DNA of 61,596 bases from Nanobdellota archaeon (lineage in GTDB: Archaea; Nanobdellota; Nanobdellia; Pacearchaeales; GW2011-AR1). The stretch spans positions 1 to 61,596 of the forward strand of contig JBBSYC010000003.1 in NCBI GenBank assembly GCA_038045445.1. Reading direction: 5' to 3'. The notes beneath the pieces are model-generated. The model saw nothing but the letters and a program-made list of their open reading frames with translations. It was not told where the DNA came from and did no database searches. Shown here in pieces: positions 18,096 to 27,206 of this stretch (position 1 is its first letter; each line of letters opens with the position of its first letter). Position numbers and translations under genes: made by a program.

Positions 18096-18796
18096 CAGGT
18101 TTTTCTCTTCCAACATTAAGCACAGTTGTTGCAACAGCAGTAGTTGACTCAATAAATCCCTGCGCAATGGGAGTCCTTATTCTTCTTGTCTCAACATTAA
18201 TAATGACAAGAAGAAAACAGTATATGTTAAAAATAGGCATGTTGTATATAGGAGCAGTATTTCTCACATACTTTGCATTTGGTCTAGGGTTGATAGCATT
18301 TCTTTCATCAATTCCTCAAATAATCTCAGAATACATCTCAATTACAGTCGGAACAATAGTGGTTTTTGCAGGATTAGTTGAAATAAAAGACTATTTTTGG
18401 TATGGAAAAGGACCAAGTTTGGCAATAAATGCGAAATATGTCTCTAAAATAAAAGAAAAAATGACAAGAATTTCATTAGGAACAGTTGTCTTTTTAGGGA
18501 TATTTGTGGCTGCAGTAGAACTTCCTTGCACAGGAGGACCTTACTTGGCGATAACCCTATTACTTTCTCAACAATTCAACATGATCTCATTTTTTATGCT
18601 GATAGTCTACAACTTAATATTTGTCATGCCTCTGATAATAATACTTATTATGGTAATGTTTGGCTGGAAAATACAAAAAATACAAAACTGGAAACAAACA
18701 AATAAAGCATATATGAGGCTTGCAACAGGAATTCTGCTTATAATACTTGGTTGGCTTTTGATATTGATGGCCAATGGAACAATTAACTTAAATTAA
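18089..18796 (+). CDS. CcdA/DsbD-like thiol:disulfide transfer membrane protein
   Basis: 235 aa with a GTG start and six hydrophobic helices. Two helices each carry one conserved Cys (DSINPCAMGVL and ELPCTGGPYLA), as in the DsbD/CcdA superfamily. Confidence 0.7.
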   Translation: MVAGFSLPTLSTVVATAVVDSINPCAMGVLILLVSTLIMTRRKQYMLKIGMLYIGAVFLTYFAFGLGLIAFLSSIPQIISEYISITVGTIVVFAGLVEIKDYFWYGKGPSLAINAKYVSKIKEKMTRISLGTVVFLGIFVAAVELPCTGGPYLAITLLLSQQFNMISFFMLIVYNLIFVMPLIIILIMVMFGWKIQKIQNWKQTNKAYMRLATGILLIILGWLLILMANGTINLN

Positions 18797-18835
18797 TCAC
18801 CCAGGTTTTTATACTAAACAATATTCAAAGAAACA

Positions 18836-21517
18836 ATGGGTAATGATACATATTCTCTTGAATCAAACAAAACAATAGTATCCCTAGAATCAGACAAATC
18901 AAATGGCTTAAGTGAAGAAACAGCAAATAATAGGTTAAAAGATTTCGGTCTCAATGAAATAAAAAAGGAAAGCAATGTTCACCCAATAAAATTGTTCATA
19001 AGCCAGTTCAAAAGTTTCATAATCTATATCCTTATTTTTGCGCTTGTCTTTTCAGTCATAGTCAAAGAGTATATCGATGCAACCGCAATATTTGCAATAT
19101 TAATAATAAATGCTGTCTTAGGATTCGTACAGGAATATAAAGCTGAAAAATCCATTGAAGCTTTGCAAAAGTTATCATCTTTGAAAGCAAGAGTAATAAG
19201 AAACAGAGAGTTAAAAGAAATAGACTCCATATTTTTAGTTCCTGGAGATATAGTTGTCCTTGAAGAAGGAGATAAAGTACCTGCAGATGGGAGAATAATT
19301 GAGAGCTATTCCTTGCATGCATTGGAATCCTCATTGACTGGAGAATCATCTCCTTCGTCAAAGAACAGCAGTGCGTTAGAAGGAAATTTAGTAATAAATG
19401 ACCAGAAAAACATGGTCTTTTCAGGAACGCTTATAACAAAAGGAAGAGGACTCTTTATAATAACGGCAACAGGAATGCATACGGAATTAGGAAAGATAGC
19501 CCATTTACTCACAGATGTAAAAAAAGAGCAAACTCCATTGCAGAAAAAACTTGATGTATTCGGTAGGTATGTAGGTTATGGTGTACTGATAATATCGGCA
19601 ATAATATTTATCATAGGATTTTTACGTGAAAACCTTCTTGCAGAATTACTTGCCGGAGAGTACTCAAGGTTTTTGACACATTCAAAAGAATGGCTTATTA
19701 CTGCAGTTGCTCTCGCAGTGGCAGCTGCTCCCGAAGGTCTACCTGCAGTTGTAACAATCTCTCTGGCAATAGGGGTCAAAAGAATGTTGAAAAAAAAATC
19801 GCTAATAAGAAAACTCCCTTCAGTAGAAACATTGGGAGAAACAAATGTTATTTGCTGTGACAAAACAGGAACATTAACTAAAAACGAGATGACTGTAAGA
19901 AACATATTTGTTAATAACAACAATTATAATGTAAGTGGTGAGGGATATTCTACAAACGGAACAATCTCATTATATGGAAAGCCATTTACAGAAAAAGAAC
20001 ATTTAATCTTAAAAATAGGAGCTTTATGCAACAACGCATTCTTGCGTATTAATTCAAATAATGTATCAATGACAGGAGACCCAACAGAAGCATCCTTATT
20101 GGTAAGTGCAACAAAGGCAGGAATAGATCTCCAAATTCTAAGAAACCTTTATCCAAAAATTGATGAGTTCCCTTTTGAATCAGAAAGAAAAATGATGAGC
20201 ACATTCCATAAAGAAAAAAACAATATCTTGATGTATACAAAAGGTGCTCCAGAAAGAGTTCTGTCAAAGTGCAGTTATATTTTACATAATAATAAAATAA
20301 TAAAACTAAACACTGAGATAAAAAATAAAATCCTTGAACAAAATAAAATTTATGCAAATCAAGCATTAAGAGTATTAGGATTCGCATATAAGAATATCAA
20401 AAACCAAAAAGACAAAACAGAGGATAATTTAATATTTGTAGGACTACAAGGAATGATTGACCCTCCTAAAAAAGAGATTAAAGAGTATATTGCAAGCTCA
20501 AAAAAAGCAGGAATAAGAGTCATAATGATTACTGGGGATAACATCAATACCGCCTCTGCAGTCGCAAGGGAGATAGGTTTAACCGGAGAAAGTATAGAAG
20601 GTTCGTACTTTGCCCAATTAGGAGAAATAGAAAAAAAACAATTAATAAAAACAACTAATATATTTGCAAGGGTAGAGCCAGCTCATAAATTAGAGATTGT
20701 AAATTTGCTTCAACAGTCAGGTTCTGTTGTCGCAATGACTGGTGATGGTGTCAATGACGCACCCGCATTAAAGAAAGCTGATCTTGGGATTGCAATGGGT
20801 ATGAAAGGAACAGATGTATCTCAAGAAGCAAGTGATATGGTTCTACAAGATGATAACTTTTCTACAATCGTGTCCGCAATTGAAGAGGGTAGGGGGATAT
20901 ATACAAATATATTATCTTTTGTTAAATACCTCATATCTTCAAATCTCGCAGAGATAATGATAGTAGCAATAGCAATTTTATTCGGCCTTCCACTTCCATT
21001 AACAGCACTAATGCTTCTATGGATAAATCTTGTAACGGATGGATTTCCAGCACTAGCATTGAGTCTTGACCCCTATCCTAAAGGGCTTATGGATAGACCT
21101 CCTAGAGTAAAGAATGAACCATTGATAACGAAGGCAAGGGCATTCAATGTACTTTATATGTCCTCATTGATAGCTGCGGGAGTTTTGAGTCTATTTATAT
21201 GGGGCCTTAAAACTTATGACGGTGAAATGCATGCACAGACAATTGCATTTACATCAATAGTCCTTCTTGAGCTCGTGAGAGTTTATTCTATAAGAGCAGA
21301 ATCAAAAGTACCAATGTTCGGCAACTTTTGGCTGATAGGGGCAGTTATTGTGTCATTTGGATTACAATTAATGGTAATCTATACTCCGTTAAGCAAAGTG
21401 TTCAATACAGTAGCTTTATCAACAAAAGACTGGTTGTCAATCATAATAGTAATTGCAATAGTTTTGATTCTAAACATTTTAACGATTTTCGTGCAAAAAC
21501 TGCTAAACAAAAAATAG
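18836..21517 (+). CDS. P-type ATPase, P2 (Ca2+/cation-transporting) type
   Basis: 893 aa with motifs TGES, ICCDKTGTLT, MITGDN and MTGDGVNDAPALKKADLGIAMG. It has ten-helix topology. Confidence 0.9.
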   Translation: MGNDTYSLESNKTIVSLESDKSNGLSEETANNRLKDFGLNEIKKESNVHPIKLFISQFKSFIIYILIFALVFSVIVKEYIDATAIFAILIINAVLGFVQEYKAEKSIEALQKLSSLKARVIRNRELKEIDSIFLVPGDIVVLEEGDKVPADGRIIESYSLHALESSLTGESSPSSKNSSALEGNLVINDQKNMVFSGTLITKGRGLFIITATGMHTELGKIAHLLTDVKKEQTPLQKKLDVFGRYVGYGVLIISAIIFIIGFLRENLLAELLAGEYSRFLTHSKEWLITAVALAVAAAPEGLPAVVTISLAIGVKRMLKKKSLIRKLPSVETLGETNVICCDKTGTLTKNEMTVRNIFVNNNNYNVSGEGYSTNGTISLYGKPFTEKEHLILKIGALCNNAFLRINSNNVSMTGDPTEASLLVSATKAGIDLQILRNLYPKIDEFPFESERKMMSTFHKEKNNILMYTKGAPERVLSKCSYILHNNKIIKLNTEIKNKILEQNKIYANQALRVLGFAYKNIKNQKDKTEDNLIFVGLQGMIDPPKKEIKEYIASSKKAGIRVIMITGDNINTASAVAREIGLTGESIEGSYFAQLGEIEKKQLIKTTNIFARVEPAHKLEIVNLLQQSGSVVAMTGDGVNDAPALKKADLGIAMGMKGTDVSQEASDMVLQDDNFSTIVSAIEEGRGIYTNILSFVKYLISSNLAEIMIVAIAILFGLPLPLTALMLLWINLVTDGFPALALSLDPYPKGLMDRPPRVKNEPLITKARAFNVLYMSSLIAAGVLSLFIWGLKTYDGEMHAQTIAFTSIVLLELVRVYSIRAESKVPMFGNFWLIGAVIVSFGLQLMVIYTPLSKVFNTVALSTKDWLSIIIVIAIVLILNILTIFVQKLLNKK

Positions 21518-21552
21518 AAGCCTTTTTAAACCGATTTTTGTTCAGTGCAACA

Positions 21553-21861
21553 ATGGGAGTAGTAAGAATAAAACTAAGTAGCATTGACATAGGTCAGTTA
21601 AACTCAGTTATAGACATGATTAAGGATCTATCTAACAAATCAGGGATAAACATGCGCGGACCTATTCCTTTACCAACAAGGCATATGAAAATAACCACAA
21701 GAAAGTCTCCTTGTGGAAACGGTACAGCCACATTTGACCGGTTTGAGATGAGAGTCCATAAGAGAATCATAGATATCCCTGCTCAAGACAGAATATTAAG
21801 ACCCTTAATGATGCTGAAGATTCCTAGAAGTGTACAAATAAAGATAGATATCAAAGAATAA
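21553..21861 (+). CDS. rps10: 30S ribosomal protein S10
   Basis: The S10 signature starts at the internal ATG 21553 (MGVVRIKLSS...GPIPLPTR...RFEMRVHKRIIDI). The longer ORF from 21328 overlaps the ATPase gene and looks non-coding there. Confidence 0.85.
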   Translation: MGVVRIKLSSIDIGQLNSVIDMIKDLSNKSGINMRGPIPLPTRHMKITTRKSPCGNGTATFDRFEMRVHKRIIDIPAQDRILRPLMMLKIPRSVQIKIDIKE

Positions 21862-21891
21862 GCTTATAATTACAGTTTAATTTTAGTCATA

Positions 21892-22914
21892 ATGAAAAGA
21901 GTTGCTGTTATTGGAGGCGGTTTTGCCGGAGCAAATGTAGCTAAGAAATTGCAAAATTACTGCAATTTAACTCTAATAGATACAGAAGATTTCTTTGAAT
22001 ATACTCCTGGAATATTAAGAGTGCTTGTTGAACCCGAACATTACAAGAAACTACATGTGAGACATAAAGAATATCTAAAAAAAGCCAAAGTAATTGTGGG
22101 ACATGTAAAGAAAGTAAATGATAAAACCGTATTGTTAAACAACGGAAAAGAAATAAATTATGATTATTTAGTCATAGCCTCCGGAAGCAATTACAATAGC
22201 CCAATAAAAGAAGAAGATATTTTTTTCGCGACAAGAGTCAAGCATCTTCTTGAAGCACAAGAAAAAATAAATAAATCAAAAAGAATATCTATAGTCGGTG
22301 GGGGCATTGTGGGGGTAGAATTAGTAGCAGAATTGGCTACCCATTACAATGATAAAAAAATATCTTTAATACATTCAGGAGATAAATTACTTGAAAGGAA
22401 TAGCACAAAAACTCAAGATTATGCTACTAATTTTTTAAAAAATAGAGGAGTAGAAATAATACTAAACGAAAGAATTATTGATAAAAATAACAAGAAACTA
22501 AAAGGCGAAAGTGGAAAAGAATATCCCTATGATTTAGTTTTCTTCACAGTGGGCATAAAACCAAATATCTCTTTTATGAATAAAAGATTTGTAAAAAAAG
22601 GGATAATAGTCAATAATTATTTACAAATTCCTGAAAAGAATAATATCTTTGTCGCAGGAGATGTATCTGATATAGTCGAAGAAAAAACTGCACAAACCGC
22701 AGAAAAGCACGCAAATATTGTTTCAAATAATATTCTTGCATTAATTAATCACAAAAAAATGAAGGAATATAAATCAAAGAAAGGGCTCATGGTAATAAGC
22801 CTTGGGAAGTATTCTGGCATAATTGAATATGAGAGTTTTGTTTTAACAGGATTGATTCCAGCAATTTTAAAGTCCTGTATTGAAAAGATGGTTATGTCTA
22901 AGTTCAAAGCCTAA
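21892..22914 (+). CDS. FAD-dependent pyridine nucleotide-disulfide oxidoreductase (type II NADH dehydrogenase-like)
   Basis: 340 aa with two dinucleotide-binding motifs (VAVIGGGFAG and ISIVGGGIVGVE) and GD near the C-terminal third (FVAGDVSD). Confidence 0.75.
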   Translation: MKRVAVIGGGFAGANVAKKLQNYCNLTLIDTEDFFEYTPGILRVLVEPEHYKKLHVRHKEYLKKAKVIVGHVKKVNDKTVLLNNGKEINYDYLVIASGSNYNSPIKEEDIFFATRVKHLLEAQEKINKSKRISIVGGGIVGVELVAELATHYNDKKISLIHSGDKLLERNSTKTQDYATNFLKNRGVEIILNERIIDKNNKKLKGESGKEYPYDLVFFTVGIKPNISFMNKRFVKKGIIVNNYLQIPEKNNIFVAGDVSDIVEEKTAQTAEKHANIVSNNILALINHKKMKEYKSKKGLMVISLGKYSGIIEYESFVLTGLIPAILKSCIEKMVMSKFKA

Positions 22915-22946
22915 ATGCTTAAATAAACTGATTATAAAATCTAATA

Positions 22947-23333
22947 ATGGAATACAAAGAGTATGCTGAAAAAAGTAAAAGAACATGTCCTAATTTGCAA
23001 GATAATCTAAGAAAGGGTTTGGCAGATGAGATGCATATGGTTATAGGAATCTCCACCGAAGCAGGAGAGCTATTAGACGCTTATAAAAAACATTTCGCAT
23101 ATGGAAAGAACCTTGATAAAATAAATGTTGAAGAGGAAATAGCAGATATAATGTGGTATATCTCAAATCTTTGCAGGATATTAGAGATTAGTTTTGAAGA
23201 TATACTTCAAAAGAACATTGACAAATTAAAAGCCAGATTCCCTGAAAAATTTGATGAACTTAAAGCATTAAAAAGGAACCTTGAGATTGAAAGAAAAATA
23301 TTAGAAGGAAATAAATCCTTGTCTACTAATTAA
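22947..23333 (+). CDS. MazG-like all-alpha nucleoside triphosphate pyrophosphohydrolase
   Basis: 128 aa. The paired acidic helices (ISTEAGELLDAYKK and EEEIADIMWY) are typical of the MazG/dUTPase-like superfamily. Confidence 0.7.
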   Translation: MEYKEYAEKSKRTCPNLQDNLRKGLADEMHMVIGISTEAGELLDAYKKHFAYGKNLDKINVEEEIADIMWYISNLCRILEISFEDILQKNIDKLKARFPEKFDELKALKRNLEIERKILEGNKSLSTN

Positions 23334-23505
23334 CATGAAATGGTTTCTGGTCAATTCCATTCTACAGGACATTTATACACTCTCGGAGAACTTGAGAGAA
23401 TGTTTAATAACAATAATAATGAAGTAGAAACATGGACAAGAATTTCCTGGCAATTTATCAAAGATTATTTGAGTAAATTGTAATTATATACTTTACAAAA
23501 CCTAT

Positions 23506-24891
23506 TTGTTTTTAAATAAAACACTTCAATTCGAGATAGTGGGAGATGATTTAATTTCTAGATTAAAGCATACGTCTGTTAATCTGTCAAGTGGAGGAGA
23601 AGTAATTGTGCTTGATACCGGAGCAGTTATAGATTGTGAAGCCGAAGCAATGTTACAAGCACTACACTCTCGTTCAACTGGAGGCCTTAGATCTCATCTT
23701 GAAGTTTTGGCTCAAAAAGGAGCAGATAGATTTATGGAAAAATTTTATGTGGGATATGGACATAAATCAATAGGAGATTGTGGAACAACCACAGTATTTG
23801 TAGAAGGAGTATCTATATTGGCGGCAAAGGCCATACAAGACAGCCCCCTTTATTCAGGTCAAGAAGCATCTACAAGATATATTGATTTTTCAAACCAACC
23901 ATTCATAGACCCAACAAGAACTCCGACGGGAGCAAATTTGTTAGAATCACAAAGAAAAATTTATTTTGAGGCACAAGAGCCGACGAGAACAAAACTAAGA
24001 AAACAATTTCCAAGAGCAGAAGGAGAAGATGAAAAAGATTATGAGAAAGCAATCTCCGCAAGAGCTTTTGATATAACAAGAAGTTTACTTCCTTCAGGAG
24101 CATCTACAAATTTGGCTTGGCACACGAATTTGCGCCAAGCTGCAGATAGAATTCTATTATTAAGACATCATCCTCTTCCAGAAGTAAGAGAAATAGCCAA
24201 ATGTTTAGAAGAAGCTCTTAAGTCTCGTCATCCAAACTCATTCGGACATGAAAGATACCCTGAAACTGAAGCATATCAAGATGTAGTATCTGGAGGATAT
24301 CTTTTCCACAACCCTACAAGCCCCATTGAACCAGTTGTTGACTTTGGAAAAATTGATAGGGGAGAATTAGAAAGATTCAGAAGCCTACTAAATAAAAGAC
24401 CTAAAAAAACAGAAATTCCCAGATATGTTTCCCAAGCAGGAGTTTTAACTGCAGAATTTCAACTAGACTTCGGTTCATTTAGAGATATTCAAAGGCACAG
24501 AGCAATAAATCAAAGAATGCCCTTAGTTACTGCAGATTTAGGATTCAATTTATGGTATTTGCAAAACTTACCTGAAGAAATAACTGCTAGGCTCCCAGAA
24601 CACTTAAGAAGAATAGGGGAAGGGATTATTAACCTCAGAATACCTAAGGAGTTGGCACAGTATTTCTTACCTATGGGGTATAATGTTTCAAATAGATTCA
24701 CAGGTGACATTCCAGCCTCTGTTTATATGATAGAGTTGAGAGACACAAGATTTGTTCATCCTACGTTACAAAGAGTAGCACACCACATAGGAAACCAAAT
24801 AGCTGACACCTTAGAAATTCCTCTTCATAGAGACTCAGAACCTGGAAGATTTGACATCGGGAGAGGTAAACACGATATTACTTTAAGATAA
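23506..24891 (+). CDS. ThyX-like protein with two tandem Thy1-type domains
   Basis: 461 aa with a TTG start per the ORF track. The first half resembles ThyX (GHKSIGD..., SGQEASTRY, ITRSLLP...NLRQ...LLLR) but lacks RHR. The second half carries FRDIQRHRAINQ and a second LP...ELR helix set. Confidence 0.6.
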   Translation: MFLNKTLQFEIVGDDLISRLKHTSVNLSSGGEVIVLDTGAVIDCEAEAMLQALHSRSTGGLRSHLEVLAQKGADRFMEKFYVGYGHKSIGDCGTTTVFVEGVSILAAKAIQDSPLYSGQEASTRYIDFSNQPFIDPTRTPTGANLLESQRKIYFEAQEPTRTKLRKQFPRAEGEDEKDYEKAISARAFDITRSLLPSGASTNLAWHTNLRQAADRILLLRHHPLPEVREIAKCLEEALKSRHPNSFGHERYPETEAYQDVVSGGYLFHNPTSPIEPVVDFGKIDRGELERFRSLLNKRPKKTEIPRYVSQAGVLTAEFQLDFGSFRDIQRHRAINQRMPLVTADLGFNLWYLQNLPEEITARLPEHLRRIGEGIINLRIPKELAQYFLPMGYNVSNRFTGDIPASVYMIELRDTRFVHPTLQRVAHHIGNQIADTLEIPLHRDSEPGRFDIGRGKHDITLR

Positions 24892-24892
24892 A

Positions 24893-25564
24893 ATGGTAAC
24901 TGGAATGTTTGTAGTTTTCGAGGGAGTGGATGGTTCTGGAAAAACTACTCAAATCGGAAATATTGGAAACGCAATAAGAGAATGGAATAAATATCAATCA
25001 ATAGTGTTTGAAAGAGAACCTACATATAAAGCAGGAGAAATAATTCAAAGATTAGTAAGTGAAACAGACCCATTATCTAATGCTGAAGTGATGGCAATAG
25101 GGTTTATAGAAGATCGAAGAGCCCATTATCATGGCCCAATAACAGGAGATATGCAAAATGGAAGAGTTGTTCTATGTGATAGATTTTCAATGTCAACTCT
25201 TGCCTATCAGTCAGTTCAAGGGCAAAAAATGGATGATCTCGTTAAAGCACATTTTCAAAATAAGATAGGTTCTCCAGACATTACATTCTATCTCGGATTA
25301 ACGCCAGAAGAAGCCACCTCAAGAATAAATAAAAGAATATCTGAAATGGGAGGGAAAAGAGAGAAGTTTGAGGAACCAGACTTCATAGAAGAACTTGTTA
25401 AAAAACACGAATTTTTATATGAAGAATCCCAAAAAGATGGAGATATTAAAAGATTGCTTGGAAGAGTTGTGAAAATCAACGCAAAACAAACAATAGAATG
25501 TGTAACAAGAGACATAGTTGAAATATTAAATCCATTCTATCAAGAAAAACAAAAAGTAGCATAA
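24893..25564 (+). CDS. tmk: thymidylate kinase
   Basis: 223 aa with P-loop FVVFEGVDGSGKTTQ, DRF motif (LCDRFSMST) and a lid region. It starts 2 nt after the ThyX-like stop. Confidence 0.85.
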   Translation: MVTGMFVVFEGVDGSGKTTQIGNIGNAIREWNKYQSIVFEREPTYKAGEIIQRLVSETDPLSNAEVMAIGFIEDRRAHYHGPITGDMQNGRVVLCDRFSMSTLAYQSVQGQKMDDLVKAHFQNKIGSPDITFYLGLTPEEATSRINKRISEMGGKREKFEEPDFIEELVKKHEFLYEESQKDGDIKRLLGRVVKINAKQTIECVTRDIVEILNPFYQEKQKVA

Positions 25565-25607
25565 ACAGGCAATATTTAAAAGACAAGAATGTCCTAATTT
25601 TCAAGAA

Positions 25608-25690
25608 GCCCGGATGGCCCAGCGGTTACGGCGCAAGTTTGGAGAACTTGTTTCCTCACGGATTCCCCGGTTCAAATCCGGGTCCGGGCG
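25608..25690 (+). tRNA. tRNA-Ser (anticodon GGA), class II with long variable arm
   Basis: Hand-folded. Acceptor GCCCGGA/TCCGGGC is fully paired. Anticodon stem is CAAGT/ACTTG with loop TTGGAGA. The variable arm has TCC/GGA pairing. T arm is CCCGG-TTCAAAT-CCGGG. Confidence 0.9.
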
Positions 25691-25794
25691 TACTTTTTAC
25701 CTAAGATAAAATGACGTTTTGAGAAAAGGAGTGTTGAACCTTGTAGACATAAAATGTAGAAACATTTAAATATGTAGTCACATATTATATTATT

Positions 25795-26745
25795 ATGTAC
25801 ATTGAAAAAAGAAAAGTAAACGGTAGAATCCAGTACTATTTAGGACATTCTTTTAGAGAAGGTACCAAAGTTCAGAAAATTAGAAAATATCTCGGGGCAG
25901 ATCTAAATGCTACTGTTCTAAAAGATAGAGAAGAAAAGATGAAAATATTAATTCTGGAAGAAATTAATAGATATAAAATTATTAAAGACCCTTTATCTGA
26001 AAAGCTTTCTGTTAAAGAAATAGAGTTTGTAAAAAGATTAGAGAAAAATATTCCTGTTAAAATTAAACATTTATCTGATGATGAATGGATTGCTTTTTCA
26101 GAATTATTTACTTACAACACAAATGCTATTGAAGGATCAGAACTTAATATTAAAGAAGTAGAAGAAGTCCTTAAAGAGGATAAGTGGCCTAAAAAATCAA
26201 AATTTGATATAGCTGAAGCTTATGGAGTGAACGATGCTATTTCATTCGTTAGAAATACTAAGGAACATATTTCAATTGACTTAATAAAAGAAATTCACAA
26301 GATTATATTCAAAAATTCTAAAGATTTCGCAGGCCAATTAAGAAAACCTGGTGAAGAAGTTGTTGTAATGGGTAAAATAGGAAATATTGTTCATGAGGGT
26401 GCACCTCAAACAAGAGTTGTAGCTCTTCTTAATGAACTTGTCGTCTGGTATAATCAGAATAAATCAAAATACCCAGCTTTAGTTTTAGCAGCAGTAATAC
26501 ATAATCAATTCGAGAACATTCATCCATTTAGAGATGGAAACGGGCGAGTTGGAAGAGTATTGTTAAATAATATTCTAATAAAACACAAACTTCCTCCAAT
26601 TAATATTGATTTTAAAAATAGGGCAGAATATTATCAATCGCTACAAGAATATGAAAAGAATCACAATATCAAACCAACATTGGAACTATTCGTAAAAGAG
26701 TATAAATCACTGAAAAAGATATTGAATAAATCAAAAAGCCCTTGA
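25795..26745 (+). CDS. Fic/DOC family protein (AMPylase-type)
   Basis: 316 aa with the canonical Fic motif HPFRDGNGRVGR. The N-terminal beta-hairpin-like segment is KVNGRIQYYLGHSFREGTKVQKIRKYLG. Confidence 0.9.
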   Translation: MYIEKRKVNGRIQYYLGHSFREGTKVQKIRKYLGADLNATVLKDREEKMKILILEEINRYKIIKDPLSEKLSVKEIEFVKRLEKNIPVKIKHLSDDEWIAFSELFTYNTNAIEGSELNIKEVEEVLKEDKWPKKSKFDIAEAYGVNDAISFVRNTKEHISIDLIKEIHKIIFKNSKDFAGQLRKPGEEVVVMGKIGNIVHEGAPQTRVVALLNELVVWYNQNKSKYPALVLAAVIHNQFENIHPFRDGNGRVGRVLLNNILIKHKLPPINIDFKNRAEYYQSLQEYEKNHNIKPTLELFVKEYKSLKKILNKSKSP

Positions 26746-26763
26746 ATTCTAGTCAGGGCTTTG

Positions 26764-26801
26764 GGATGCTCAAAGTATTCTATCAAGACACACTTTGACA
26801 T
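26764..26801. repeat. conserved extragenic hairpin, copy A (GGATGCTCAAAGT-loop-ACTTTGACAT)
   Basis: 38 nt, identical to copy C (31748-31785) except for one C/T at the predicted bulge. It shares the basal stem with copy B (28486-28525). It starts 18 nt after the Fic stop. Confidence 0.7.
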
Positions 26802-26802
26802 G

Positions 26803-26836
26803 ATATGACTACACTTTAGAATGATTGTAGTCATAT
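26803..26836. repeat. perfect 11-bp inverted repeat (ATATGACTACA-12 nt-TGTAGTCATAT)
   Basis: Read directly. It immediately follows hairpin copy A. Confidence 0.6.
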
Positions 26837-27035
26837 GCAAGCTAGTCTTATCGTAGTTCTGGTGTAATTTTACAGATGATATACCTAAAAAAGATGCAAC
26901 AGCAATTTTGAAATAGTCTATTTTTTACTTCTTGTTCCTTCGTTTTTTAGCATTGCGTTTTCTTGCTATTCTTGTTGACTTTCTCATAATATCCAATGGA
27001 CTAATGTTTATATAGAGTTATTGTTTTTATTGTTC

Positions 27036-27197
27036 ATGGCAGCAACACCACCTGGAGCAAAGAAAAGAAAACTTGATTATATGGTTGACCAGAATGCATT
27101 TGATGAATTCATGAAAGCCTGCAGTAAAAAGGGCTTTGCACCTCAAGTAGTTTTAGAACAAGCAATGAGAAAGTTTACCCAAAACGGACAAATTTAA
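27036..27197 (+). CDS. possible small ribbon-helix-helix-like protein (53 aa)
   Basis: MAATPPGAKKRKLDYMVDQNAFDEFMKACSKKGFAPQVVLEQAMRKFTQNGQI. TATA-like TTTATATA sits ~22 nt upstream. Its layout resembles the 69-aa RHH-like ORF at 30475-30684. It is below the ORF-track length cut-off. Confidence 0.4.
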   Translation: MAATPPGAKKRKLDYMVDQNAFDEFMKACSKKGFAPQVVLEQAMRKFTQNGQI

Positions 27198-27206
27198 ATC
27201 TTAAAT

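Noticed and set aside
21328-21552. The 75-codon N-terminal extension of the S10 ORF.
   Set aside because: It overlaps the 3' end of the P-type ATPase gene in another frame. S10 homology begins at the internal ATG 21553.
25773-26836. The Fic gene as a cassette bounded by terminal inverted repeats (TGTAGTCACATAT upstream versus ATATGACTACA downstream).
   Set aside because: Only 8 contiguous nt are shared, which is within chance expectation for an AT-rich 61-kb window. No transposase or target-site duplication was seen.
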